From Gemmatimonadota bacterium (GTDB lineage Bacteria; Gemmatimonadota; Gemmatimonadetes; Gemmatimonadales; GWC2-71-9): 64,000 nt of DNA. The stretch spans positions 9,662 to 73,661 of the forward strand of contig QHUT01000060.1 in NCBI GenBank assembly GCA_003222055.1, read 5' to 3'. The translations under genes and the position numbers were made by a program. Under the pieces are notes generated by a model. The model was not told the DNA's origin. It searched no databases and was given only the letters and a program-made list of their open reading frames with translations. Below, piece after piece: positions 1 to 11,937 of the stretch (positions within the stretch are counted from its first letter, which is position 1; each line of letters starts with the position of its first letter).

Positions 1-530
1 TGCGCGGCGGTCTCCCCGCACGTCGTGCCACGCGAGATCTTGCACGTCTCGAGACGCAGCGGGATGCTCGCGCGGGCCACGAGTCGGGGATCCACGCCGA
101 CCCGCTGGAGCCGGACCACCGTCAGGGCCTCGCCGACGGGGCGCTGCAGAGCTCCCTTGCCCGCAAAGACGTTGGAGCCGCGGTACTCCACTTTGCCCGA
201 GTCGAGCGCGGCGTCCGTGACGATCAAAAACCCGTCAAGGTGCTTGGCCCGGACCTGCGCGGTCAGGGAGTCCACGACGCCGACGGCCGCGGGCACGCGG
301 ATCGCCCAGTCCCCACTCCGCCCGAGCTGCTCGGCTATACGGGCACCCAGCTGCGTCGTCGTGCCGTCGACGATCGCGATCCGCTTCAGTCCGCCGCCGC
401 GCCCCAGCTGTCCGGAGAGGAAGAAGACGGCGCCGAACAGGACGGGGCCGAGCAGCGCTCCGATCCAGAACCACCGGGTCCGTACCCGCTCCACGAATTC
501 GCGCCGTACGATCGCCCAGATCTTACGCAT
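1..530 (-). CDS. ABC-2 type transporter permease, N-terminal part (gene runs off the left edge)
   Basis: My own minus-strand translation from the ATG at 530..528 gives MRKIWAIVRREFVERVRTRWFWIGALLGPVLFGAVFFLSG... and stays open to position 1. An N-terminal TM helix is followed by a long soluble loop, as in NatB-like ABC-2 permeases. The start overlaps the stop of the upstream ATPase gene (ATGCGTAA). It is absent from the ORF track because it has no stop inside the window. Confidence 0.6.
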   Translation of the reverse strand, partial: MRKIWAIVRREFVERVRTRWFWIGALLGPVLFGAVFFLSGQLGRGGGLKRIAIVDGTTTQLGARIAEQLGRSGDWAIRVPAAVGVVDSLTAQVRAKHLDGFLIVTDAALDSGKVEYRGSNVFAGKGALQRPVGEALTVVRLQRVGVDPRLVARASIPLRLETCKISRGTTCGETAA

Positions 531-1497
531 CGGGGCGCACGCCGGCCTGTACCGCCTCCGGGCCTACCAGGTCGATGAAAATTTTCAGCAGCGAAGGCTC
601 GCGCAGTTCGAAGCGCGCCAGCCGCGCGCCCGACCCGACCAGGTCGCGCAGCACGCGCTGGGGGTCGGCCCCGGGGGCGAGCTCGACTTCGGCGTACTGA
701 CCGTAGTCATCGACCTTTTTCACGAGCGATGCGTCGGCAAAGACCTGCGCCGCCGCCCCGACGCTGCCGTCGAACCCGACCACGAGATGGTGTCCGCCCC
801 GGGTCCGCTTGATGTCGCCGAGCGGGCCGTCCACCAGCTTGCGGCCGCGCGCGATGATACACACATGCTCGCACAGCTTTTCGGCCTGTTCCATGATGTG
901 GGTCGAGAACAGGATGGTGGCACCGCGGGCGCGCAGCTCGAGGACCGTGTCCTTCATCACCTGGGCGTTGACCGGATCGAGGCCGGCGAACGCCTCGTCC
1001 AGTATCACGAGCGCCGGCTCGTGCAGGATGGTGGAGATGAACTGCACCTTCTGCTGCATCCCCTTCGACAGCTCGTCGATGCGGCGCAGGCGCCATTGCG
1101 CCAGGCCGAGCCGCTCGAGCCATTCGCCGGCGCGGTGGCGCGCGCGCCGCCGCTCCATCCCCTTCATCTCGCCGAGGAACACCAGCACGTCGAGCACGCG
1201 CATCTTGCGGTACAAGCCGCGCTCCTCGGGGAGGTAGCCGATCCGCTCGGCGTGCATCCGGCCCCCGGCCGCCCCGCCGAACAGGCGCACTGAGCCGGCA
1301 TCGGGCTGGAGGATGTCCATGATCATGCGGATGGTGGTCGTCTTGCCGGCCCCGTTGGGACCGAGCAGCCCGTAGATCACCCCTGGGGGCACGGCGAGCG
1401 ACAGGTCGTCGACGGCGGTGTGGCCCGCAAACGCTTTGCGGACCCGGTCGAGCACCAGGATCGGTTTCGGGGAGGAGGCGGGGGCAGGGGACGTCAT
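523..1497 (-). CDS. ABC transporter ATP-binding protein (ABC-2/NatA-like)
   Basis: 324-aa ORF with Walker A GPNGAGKTT, ABC signature LSKGMQQK and Walker B LVILDEAFAGLD. Confidence 0.9.
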   Translation of the reverse strand: MTSPAPASSPKPILVLDRVRKAFAGHTAVDDLSLAVPPGVIYGLLGPNGAGKTTTIRMIMDILQPDAGSVRLFGGAAGGRMHAERIGYLPEERGLYRKMRVLDVLVFLGEMKGMERRRARHRAGEWLERLGLAQWRLRRIDELSKGMQQKVQFISTILHEPALVILDEAFAGLDPVNAQVMKDTVLELRARGATILFSTHIMEQAEKLCEHVCIIARGRKLVDGPLGDIKRTRGGHHLVVGFDGSVGAAAQVFADASLVKKVDDYGQYAEVELAPGADPQRVLRDLVGSGARLARFELREPSLLKIFIDLVGPEAVQAGVRPDA

Positions 1498-1521
1498 GGG
1501 TGCGAGGCTAATGTAGCCTCG

Positions 1522-1965
1522 TCAACCCTTGAGCGCGTCCGTCAACGCATTCCAGGGGAGGAGTGCGCACTTGATGCGGACGGGAAACTTGGAGACCCCG
1601 GCGAGCGCGCGCAGGTCGCCCAGCGTCTTGTCCTGCGCGGCAGCCTGGTCGCCGCGCATCATGGCGCTCATCCGGTCGGCCAGCGCCAAAGCCTGAGGGA
1701 TCGACCTGTCCTTGAGGAGCTGCGTCATCATCGACGCGGCCGCCTGGCTGATCGAGCAGCCCCGGCCGATGAAACGCGCCTCCCGGATAACCTCGCCGTC
1801 CACCCGAAGCTGCAGATCGATCTCGTCGCCGCACAGCGGGTTGTTGAGCGATACCGAATGCGTCGCGTCGTCGAGGGCACCCTTGTTACGCGGGCGCCGG
1901 TAGTGATCGAGGATCAGCTCCTGGTAGAGGGCGCTGAGCTGCGGATCAGGCGGGGACGTATCCAA
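1522..1965 (-). CDS. sufU: SUF system NifU/SufU-type Fe-S cluster assembly scaffold / sulfur acceptor
   Basis: 147 aa with three conserved Cys contexts (NPLCGDEI, GRGCSISQAAASMM, KCALLPW). It is the last gene of the suf operon and overlaps sufS by 20 nt. Confidence 0.85.
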   Translation of the reverse strand: MDTSPPDPQLSALYQELILDHYRRPRNKGALDDATHSVSLNNPLCGDEIDLQLRVDGEVIREARFIGRGCSISQAAASMMTQLLKDRSIPQALALADRMSAMMRGDQAAAQDKTLGDLRALAGVSKFPVRIKCALLPWNALTDALKG

Positions 1966-3178
1966 ACAGGGCTCCCGCCTTCACGAGCGCACCGGCGAGC
2001 GCGTCGACCTCGTCCAATCCGTTGTAGAGATAGAACGAGGCGCGCGCCGTGGCGGGGACGTTGAGTCTTCGCATCAGCGGCTGGGCGCAGTGGTGCCCGG
2101 CGCGGATGCAGATGCCGTCCTGGTCGAGGATGGTCGCGATGTCGTGCGGGTGGATGTCGCCGTAGGTGAACGAGACGACGCCCGCCCGGTGGTCGCGCGG
2201 GCCGTACACCGTGACGCCTTCGATCTGCGTGAGGCGCTCGATCGCGGCGGCGGCGAGCGCCTGCTCGTGCTCCGCGATCCGCTCGAGGCCCACTCGCTCC
2301 AGGTAGGCGACCGCCGCCGCCAGCCCCACCGCCCCTTCCACGTTCGGGGTGCCGGCTTCGAACTTGTGGGGAATGTTGTTGTAGGTCGAGCGGTCGTCCC
2401 ACACGCGGGAGATCATTTCTCCGCCGCCGTGATAGGGCGGCATCGCATCGAGCAGCTCGGGTTTCGCCACCAGCGCGCCCGAGCCCATGGGCCCGAGCAT
2501 CTTGTGACCCGAGAGGGCGTAGAAGTCGCAGTCGAGCCCCTGTACGTCGACCCGCAGGTGCGGCGTCGACTGTGCCCCGTCGACCACCACGACCGCGCCC
2601 ACCGCGTGCGCCAGCCGGGCGAGCTGCGCCGCGGGGTTGACCGTGCCGAGGGCGTTCGAGACGTACGGGAACGCGACGATCTTGGGTCGCGGCTCGAGCG
2701 CGCGCCCGTAGTCGGACAGGTCGATCCGTCCGTCCTCGCTGATCTCCACCATGCGCAGGGTGGCGCCCTTTTCCTGACACAGGATCTGCCACGGCACGAG
2801 GTTCGAATGGTGGTCCATGGCGGTGACGACCACGGTGTCACCCGCGCGAACATGGGCACGGCCGTAGGCGCCCGCGACCAGGTTGATCGCCTCGGTGGTG
2901 CCGCGCGTGAACACCACACCCTCCGGCGCCCAAGCGTTGACGAAGCCGGCCAGCTGCGCGCGCGCCGCCTCGTACGCCTCGGTGGCGCGGATCGCCAGGC
3001 CGTACGCCCCGCGGTGCACGTTGGCGTTGGTGGTCCGGTAGTACTCGGCGATGGCGTCGAGCACGGCCTGCGGCTTCTGGGTCGTCGCCGCATTGTCGAG
3101 ATAGACGAGCGGGTGACCGTTCTCCCGCTGCGCCAGCAGCGGAAAATCGCCCCGGAGGCGGGCGGCGTCGAGCATCAC
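1946..3178 (-). CDS. sufS: Cysteine desulfurase SufS (class V aminotransferase)
   Basis: 410 aa with the PLP-lysine motif SGHKMLGP and the catalytic Cys in RAGHHCAQPL. It has a 4-nt overlap with sufD. Confidence 0.92.
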   Translation of the reverse strand: MMLDAARLRGDFPLLAQRENGHPLVYLDNAATTQKPQAVLDAIAEYYRTTNANVHRGAYGLAIRATEAYEAARAQLAGFVNAWAPEGVVFTRGTTEAINLVAGAYGRAHVRAGDTVVVTAMDHHSNLVPWQILCQEKGATLRMVEISEDGRIDLSDYGRALEPRPKIVAFPYVSNALGTVNPAAQLARLAHAVGAVVVVDGAQSTPHLRVDVQGLDCDFYALSGHKMLGPMGSGALVAKPELLDAMPPYHGGGEMISRVWDDRSTYNNIPHKFEAGTPNVEGAVGLAAAVAYLERVGLERIAEHEQALAAAAIERLTQIEGVTVYGPRDHRAGVVSFTYGDIHPHDIATILDQDGICIRAGHHCAQPLMRRLNVPATARASFYLYNGLDEVDALAGALVKAGALFGYVPA

Positions 3179-4484
3179 CCGAGCCGCTCCCGCACCAGCC
3201 GGTCGAGCTCCTCCCGCACCGCCGGTTGCCGCATGCGGTCCAGGATCTCGGCGCCGAATCCGTAGGTGAGGATGCCGCGGGCCGCCTCGGCGGACAGCCC
3301 GCGGCTACGGAGATAGTACAGCTGGGTCTGGTCGATCGGCCCCACCGTGGAGCCGTGGGTGCACTTCACGTCGTCGGCGTAGATCTCGAGCTGCGGTTGG
3401 CTGTCGGCGCGCGCTTCGGTCGAGAGCAGCAGGTTGTTGTTGGTCTGCTTCGAGTCGGTGCGCTGCGCCCCCGGCCGCACGATGATGCGCCCGTTGAACA
3501 CGCCGTGCGCCCGCTCCGCGAGCACACCATTGAAGTACTCGTGGCTGGCACAGTGCGGCTGGGCGTGGTCGATCACCGTGTGGTGGTCGGCATGCTGCGC
3601 ATCGCTCAACAAGTACAGCCCGTTGAGAATGAGCTCAGCGCCAGTGCCGGCCAGGACGGAGGTGATGTCGTGGCGGGCCAGGGCCGCGCCCAACGTCACG
3701 ACGTGCACTCCCAGAGTGGTGTCGCGTTCCTGTCGCGAATGTGTCGTTGCGACTTGGAGGCCGCGCGGGCCCTCTCGCTGCACCCGGTACAACTCGGCCC
3801 GCGCGCCTTCGCCCACCACGATCTCGGTGACCGCGTTGCTCCAGTACACAGCGTCTCCGAGGCCGGCGTACGTCTCCACCACCGCGGCCTCCGCGCCCCG
3901 CTCGATCACGATGAGGCTGCGGGGATGTGACACGGTCGGGCCGTCGGTGCCGGACGCGCCGCTCGACAGGAACAGCAACTCGAGCGGCTGCTCGAGCGCG
4001 ACGCCGGCGGGCACGTGCACGAACGCGCCGTCCGCGAGGAACGCCGTGTTGAGCGCCGCAAAGGCGCTGTCGCGCCAGCGGGCGTGGCGCGCGAGGTGCT
4101 CACGCGCGAGGTCGCCGCTTGGACCGTTCCTGATCGCCGACGCCAGGCTGCCAACCTGTACGCCGCCCGGCTGGCCAGCGGGCGACGATAACTCCGGCGC
4201 GTACCGGCCATCGACCAGAACGACGCGCGGGCCGGCTCCGATGAGTAACGACCTGATCTCGGAAAGCCCGGGATGCGGGATGGGGGAGGCCAGATGCGAA
4301 AACCGCGTGTCCACGATGGGCGCGACGCTGGTGAAGCGCCACTCCTCCTGCTTCGTGGTGGGGAAGCCCAGCTCGGCGAACCGCGCGATCGCACCTTCGC
4401 GGATCTGCTTGAGCCATGGGGGCGCGCCGGCGGCGCCGTTCCCCGCGAACGACTTGTAATCGGCGACGTAGCGGTCTGCGACGT

Positions 4485-4488
<4 letters not shown>
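3175..4488 (-). CDS. sufD: Fe-S cluster assembly protein SufD
   Basis: 437 aa. The C-terminal beta-helix region resembles SufB/SufD (DSKQTNNNLLLS, DDVKCTHGSTVGPID). It sits between sufC and sufS. Confidence 0.88.
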
Positions 4489-5272
<784 letters not shown>

Positions 5273-5276
<4 letters not shown>

Positions 5277-6715
5277 CCCACGCTCCCCTCGAGGCTGATC
5301 CCGAGCAGCCGCTGCGCTTCGACCGCGAACTCCATCGGGAGCTCCTTGAAGACTTCCTTGCAGAAGCCGTTCACGATCATCGACACGGCGTCTTCGGCGG
5401 AGAGGCCCCGCTGCTTGGCGTAGAAAATCTGGTCCTCGCCGATCTTGGACGTCGAGGCCTCGTGCTCCATGATGGCGCTGCTGTTGCGCACGTCGATGTA
5501 GGGAAACGTGTGCGCGCCGCACCGGTCTCCGATCAGCATCGAGTCGCACTGCGAGTAGTTGCGGGCCTGCTCCGCGCCCTTGAGGATCTTCACGAGCCCG
5601 CGGTAGGTGTTCTGGCCGCGGCCCGCCGAGATCCCCTTCGACACGATGGTCGAGCGGGTGTTCTTGCCCATGTGTATCATCTTGGTGCCCGTGTCCGCCT
5701 GCTGCCGGTGGTTGGTCACCGCCACCGAATAGAACTCGCCGATCGAATCGTCGCCCTGCAGGATGCAGCCGGGATACTTCCAGGTGATCGCGGAGCCGGT
5801 CTCCACCTGAGTCCACGATATCTTGGAGCCCCGGCCGCGGCAGGCGCCGCGCTTGGTCACGAAGTTGTAGATCCCGCCCCGCCCCTCTTCGTCGCCGGGG
5901 TACCAGTTCTGAATCGTGGAATACTTGATCGTCGCGTGGTCGAGCGCCACCAGCTCCACCACGGCCGCGTGCAGCTGGTTCTGGTCCCGCACCGGTGCGG
6001 AGCAGCCCTCCAGGTAGCTCACGTGGCTCCCCTCGTCCGCGACGATCAGCGTGCGCTCGAACTGGCCGGTCGACTCGGCATTGATCCGGAAGTAGGTGGA
6101 CAACTCCATGGGGCAGCGCACCCCCTTCGGCACGTACACGAACGAGCCGTCCGTGAACACCGCCGAATTGAGCGCCGCGAAGAAGTTGTCGTTGTACGGG
6201 ACCACGGAGCCCACGTACTGCTGCACCAGCTCGGGATACTCCCGGATCGCTTCCGAGATCGCGCAGAAGATCACGCCGTGCTTCTTCAGCTCCTCGCGGA
6301 ACGTGGTCGCGACGGACACCGAATCGAACACCGCGTCCACCGCGACGCCGGCGAGTCGCTTCCGCTCCTCGAGCGGAATGCCGAGCTTCTCGAATGTCTC
6401 GAGCAGCTTGGGATCCACCTGATCGAGGCTTTCGAGCTTGGGTCGCTGCTTGGGGGCGGCGTAATAACTGATGGCCTGATAGTCGACCGGGCCGTACTGC
6501 ACGTTGGCCCAGTGTGGCTCCGGCAGCTTCAGCCAGTTGCGATACGCCTTGAGCCGCCACTCGAGCATCCAGGCCGGCTCGCCTTTCTTCTGCGAGATCA
6601 GCCGGATAACCTCCTCGCTCAAGCCGGGGGGGACGGTCTCCGACTCGATATCCGTGACGAAGCCGTACTTGTAGGGCTGGAGGACCTGGGCTTCGATTCC
6701 ACTACTCATAGACAC
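5273..6715 (-). CDS. sufB: Fe-S cluster assembly protein SufB
   Basis: 480 aa with typical SufB sequence throughout ([39 protein letters not shown]). Confidence 0.95.
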
Positions 6716-6852
6716 TCCCGAAGTCCTTTGCGCGTCGCAAGTTGCAGACAGCTACCGGAGCGACTGGAATCCTACAGGAATTACTCGGGATTGTCAACCA
6801 AAGGCGATGGTCGAGTTGCACCTGGGCGACAAATCGCCAAATTGGCGCTCCC

Positions 6853-7398
6853 ATGGCCGTCCGGCGCATTCGCCTGTTGGGCGATCCGATCCTGCGGGTC
6901 CGCTGCGAGCGGGTCCAGAACGCCAAGTCCGCCGCGACCCGGTTGGTCGCGGATGACCTGCGGGACACGCTGCGGGTGGCCAAGGAGAAGTACAAGATGG
7001 GCCGGGCCTTGGCCGCGCCCCAAATCGGCGCGCCGGTGCGGATCGTGTTCGTGGCCGTGGACAAGCAGCGCTGGACGATGATCAACCCGGAGATCGCGGA
7101 TGTCGGGCCGGACGACTTCCTGGTGTGGGACGACTGTTTTTCGTTCCCCAATCTCTACGTGCGGGTCAGCCGCGCTTACCAGCTCACGGTGAGCTACACC
7201 GACCTGAAGGGCAAGCCGCGCACGCTGCCGGTGCAGGGTCCGATGGCGGAGCTGCTGCAGCACGAGATCGACCACCTGGACGGCATCCTGGCGCTCGATC
7301 GCCCCAGCGGGGTGGACCCGTTCGCCTTGCGCTCGGAGTGGGAGAAGCTGCACGAGCCCGGCGACCGGTACGGCCCCCCCACGCCGCGGGAGGTGTAA
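6853..7398 (+). CDS. def: Peptide deformylase
   Basis: I placed the start at the internal ATG (residue 38 of ORF 6742..7398), giving MAVRRIRLLGDPIL. PDF motifs are present: GRALAAPQIG, a DDCFS variant of EGCLS, and QHEIDHLDG. Confidence 0.8.
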   Translation: MAVRRIRLLGDPILRVRCERVQNAKSAATRLVADDLRDTLRVAKEKYKMGRALAAPQIGAPVRIVFVAVDKQRWTMINPEIADVGPDDFLVWDDCFSFPNLYVRVSRAYQLTVSYTDLKGKPRTLPVQGPMAELLQHEIDHLDGILALDRPSGVDPFALRSEWEKLHEPGDRYGPPTPREV

Positions 7399-7421
7399 CC
7401 GACCCGGCCGGCTGGTTAGAT

Positions 7422-8839
<1,418 letters not shown>

Positions 8840-8858
8840 GGTGGGGGTGGCTGGCAGC

Positions 8859-11800
8859 TCAGGGACCGCGCTTGACGAAGAACTCGTAGGGCGCGGTAGT
8901 GAGTTCGTCGCCAAACGTCCCGCTCCCCCGCACGCGGATGAGGAAACCTCCCCCCGCTGGAACGGCAAAGGAGCCGACAGGGTTGAACGCCTGACCGAAG
9001 AACTGCGCGCCCGTCCCAATCAGGGTATTGCCCGTCGCGGGATCGATGACTTCCAATGTCAGGCCGTGGAACTGTTCACCGACGGGGGGAGCCGTCAGGC
9101 GGATGTACGCCGTGAGCGTCTCACCCGGCACTGCGGTCGCGGTGAACTCGTCGATATCACCGGCCGGGTAGATCGCTTCGCCACGAACGGTATCGCCCAC
9201 CGTGTACGCCGCGGGCACGCTTTCCGGAGCGCGGTTGATGGGAATCACGCGGAACGAGTATGGCCCAACGAATCCATACACGCCCCCGCAGGTGGCGTCG
9301 TAGCAGAACCGAAAAAAGCCGTCGGGTTGATACACGGCGATACCGACCTCTCCGCTCGCCGGCACGCGGAAGGGACCCGTAAGGTGGTCGCCGTAGAGGA
9401 CCGTCACCAAGCTGTCACCTGTCATACGATCGAAGATGCGCAGGTACGGATACAGGAAATCCGTCCGGGTCGAGTGGACGATGACGCCCAGGTCCTGGCC
9501 GGGTGTGGCGCTCACCGTGTATTCATCCCAGTCTCCGGGGCTATCGATGGCTTCCGTCGTCACGGAATCCCCCGGCACGAGTGCGCTGCCCACGCGCTCA
9601 GGGGCGGCGCCCAGCGGCTCCACGGCGAAGCGGTAGGGGCCGCGCTCGGCGAGTTCGTCCGACCAGCCCGCCCCGCTCACGTCGATTTCGTACCAGCCCG
9701 TGGCGGGCAGATCGACACGCAGCGTCTGGTGGTCCCCAAGCGCCGCCGCCGACGTCCCGCTGAACACAATCGAATAGCCGGTCGGACCGGTGATGAAGGC
9801 CTGGAACCCCCCGCCTGACGGGGCGGCCAGTCCCTGAAGCGCGATGTTGACGTGCTGGCCCTTCAATCCGTGGAAGTGAAATTGGTCGATATCGCCGGGG
9901 GGATCGATCGCCTCGCCACTGACCGTGTCGCCGATCGCGAAGGTGTCGCGGACCATCTCCGGCCCGAAGCTGAACCGATAGAACCAGAGGCGATAGGGGC
10001 CGTATACTGCGCGCAGCTGATAGCGCGGGATGTCGATCTGCACGATGTAATCGCCCGGCGCCAGGTGAAGGCGGCCACTGGCCACTCGAACCCCGGATGC
10101 ATATACGGACATTTCGGCAATCTTTTGACGAGTGTGGGCGTCGAGGAGCCGCACAAGAGCCCAGGCGCCCTGGTCGATCTGTCCGTCGAATTCGAACACG
10201 AGATTTGCGCCGCTCGTGTCGGGAACGGTGACGCGGAACTCGTCTGCATCCCCAGGCACCTCCATGGCCTCGTTGCCCACGCTGTCACCGAAGGCGAACG
10301 TAGCAGGTGCCGTCTCGGGGGCACGATTGATCCGGTGGAGAAACAGGCGATATGGGCCCCGGTCGGATGCATTCCGCGACTGCGCTCCACTGACCCGCAG
10401 CCGGTACGTTCCGCTGCCGGCAAGCGTGAACCGGTCCGTAAACTGTCGCAGCAGGCTCGTGTCCGAGCCCACGCTCTCCACCGCTGCGAGTACCGTGTCG
10501 CGGCTATCGAGCACCTCGAGTCGCAGGGTAGACTCTGAGGATCCATTCAAGGCCTGGAGAAAGGCATTGTATTCTTCCCCCGCTGTCCCGCTGAAGCTGT
10601 ACTCGTCGGCGTCCCCGGGAACACCGATCTCTTCGCCAGAAACGGTGTCTCCCGCCGCGATCGTCGGAGGCACGTGCTCGGGGCGGTTGTCGACCGCATA
10701 GAGATACAGACGATAGGCTCCGGTATCCGCAATCTGATGGGAACCCGTGCCGGTCACCCGGACTAGATACGTTCCGGCCCGCGTAATCCGGAAACGCCCG
10801 GTGGCCCGCCCGAAGAGCGCCGTGTCGGACGGGTCGGCGGTAGCAATTGCGAAGGGAGGACCGCCTTGCGGGGCGACCTCGATTTGGAAAGCGCGTGACG
10901 CTTGCACGAAGGCATTGAACTCGTCGCCGACATTCGCGCTAAACGTGAACTCATCCACGTCCCCTTCCCGGTCGATGTGTTCGCCGGTGAGCTCCACATT
11001 GCGGGGGATGGGGGCGGGCCGGTGCTCAGGCGCCCGATCGATGAGGTAGGACCAGAACCGGTAGGGGCCCCGGTAGCGCGGGTACACGTTGCTCGTGACC
11101 GACCAGACGGAAAACAGGTAGTCGTGCGAAGCGGGGAGACGCAAGCGGCCCGTGGTCAACGTCGGCGTTCCGGCATCGCCGAACACGTAGCCGAGCAACG
11201 TGGGCGTCACCGTGTCCACGACGGTGAGACTCACCGAACCGGACCCCTGCGGACCCAGCGTTTCCATCACGAGCACCACGTCTTGCCCGGCAGTTCCGTG
11301 AGCGAAGAATCTGTCCCCGTCGACGCTCGGATCGATCGTTTCGCCGCTCACGGTGTCGCCGATCGCGAACCGGGCCGGCACGTTTTCCGGCGCGGTGTTG
11401 ATCGCGTACACCTTGAACCGGAAGCGCGCGCTGGCGCCCCGCGGCAGTGTGCTCACTCTCAGCTGATAGACCGCCCCCGTCGGCGTCCCGAAGTTGTCCG
11501 TCGGGTTGTCCTCGAGCCGCGCGCCACCTTGACTCGCGCTGACGCTCGCGACGGGCGCGTGGTGTACGGAATCGACCACAACGAGGACGACGCTTCCCTG
11601 GAGGGCTTCGAGAAACACGGCGTACACGCCGTTCGCTCGGGCCGCGAACGTGTACTGGCGAGCCGAGTCGCCGGTCACTTCCTGCTCGATGACCTGCCCT
11701 ATCGGGACCCGCTCCCCCTCCCCACGGGGCTCGAAGGGCGAGTCGCAGCCGATAGCCACCCCGAGACCCAAAGCGGCCGCGAGCACAATGCTAGGGAAAG

Positions 11801-11873
11801 GGAGCAACGGCCGTATCGGGGGACGCACGGGTTCAGTGTGAAAGCAAGACCCGTGCGCGGGCGCAACACCCAT
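8859..11873 (-). CDS. Large lipoprotein with about 8 tandem PPC (pre-peptidase C-terminal)-like beta-sandwich repeats
   Basis: Start is set at the ATG at 11873 (residue 91 of the ORF); a GTG at 11828 is an alternative. The signal peptide and lipobox read LLPFPSIVLAAALGLGVAIGC. An approximately 110-125 aa unit recurs 8 times, with motifs (I/V)(N/D)RAPE..P, GD(T/S)V.GE.I, GD.DE(F/Y).F and GPYR(F/L). Assignment to the PPC family is by motif only. Confidence 0.75.
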   Translation of the reverse strand: MGVAPAHGSCFHTEPVRPPIRPLLPFPSIVLAAALGLGVAIGCDSPFEPRGEGERVPIGQVIEQEVTGDSARQYTFAARANGVYAVFLEALQGSVVLVVVDSVHHAPVASVSASQGGARLEDNPTDNFGTPTGAVYQLRVSTLPRGASARFRFKVYAINTAPENVPARFAIGDTVSGETIDPSVDGDRFFAHGTAGQDVVLVMETLGPQGSGSVSLTVVDTVTPTLLGYVFGDAGTPTLTTGRLRLPASHDYLFSVWSVTSNVYPRYRGPYRFWSYLIDRAPEHRPAPIPRNVELTGEHIDREGDVDEFTFSANVGDEFNAFVQASRAFQIEVAPQGGPPFAIATADPSDTALFGRATGRFRITRAGTYLVRVTGTGSHQIADTGAYRLYLYAVDNRPEHVPPTIAAGDTVSGEEIGVPGDADEYSFSGTAGEEYNAFLQALNGSSESTLRLEVLDSRDTVLAAVESVGSDTSLLRQFTDRFTLAGSGTYRLRVSGAQSRNASDRGPYRLFLHRINRAPETAPATFAFGDSVGNEAMEVPGDADEFRVTVPDTSGANLVFEFDGQIDQGAWALVRLLDAHTRQKIAEMSVYASGVRVASGRLHLAPGDYIVQIDIPRYQLRAVYGPYRLWFYRFSFGPEMVRDTFAIGDTVSGEAIDPPGDIDQFHFHGLKGQHVNIALQGLAAPSGGGFQAFITGPTGYSIVFSGTSAAALGDHQTLRVDLPATGWYEIDVSGAGWSDELAERGPYRFAVEPLGAAPERVGSALVPGDSVTTEAIDSPGDWDEYTVSATPGQDLGVIVHSTRTDFLYPYLRIFDRMTGDSLVTVLYGDHLTGPFRVPASGEVGIAVYQPDGFFRFCYDATCGGVYGFVGPYSFRVIPINRAPESVPAAYTVGDTVRGEAIYPAGDIDEFTATAVPGETLTAYIRLTAPPVGEQFHGLTLEVIDPATGNTLIGTGAQFFGQAFNPVGSFAVPAGGGFLIRVRGSGTFGDELTTAPYEFFVKRGP

Positions 11874-11937
11874 CCAACCAGCCCCACAATGGGCACTGGT
11901 CCTTCGGCGAAGTGTGGCGACTATGCAACAACTCGTG

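Noticed and set aside
25-1293. 422-aa plus-strand ORF, with nested ORFs, across the ABC transporter genes.
   Set aside because: It is Arg/Pro/Ala-rich and low in complexity. It lies antisense to two genes that carry clear Walker and ABC motifs. This is the typical stop-codon-poor shadow ORF of GC-rich DNA.
5277-6560. N-terminal 428 aa of the 691-aa ORF 4485..6560.
   Set aside because: It is out of frame with and overlaps sufB. Recognisable SufC sequence begins only at the ATG at 5276, which forms an ATGA overlap with the sufB stop.
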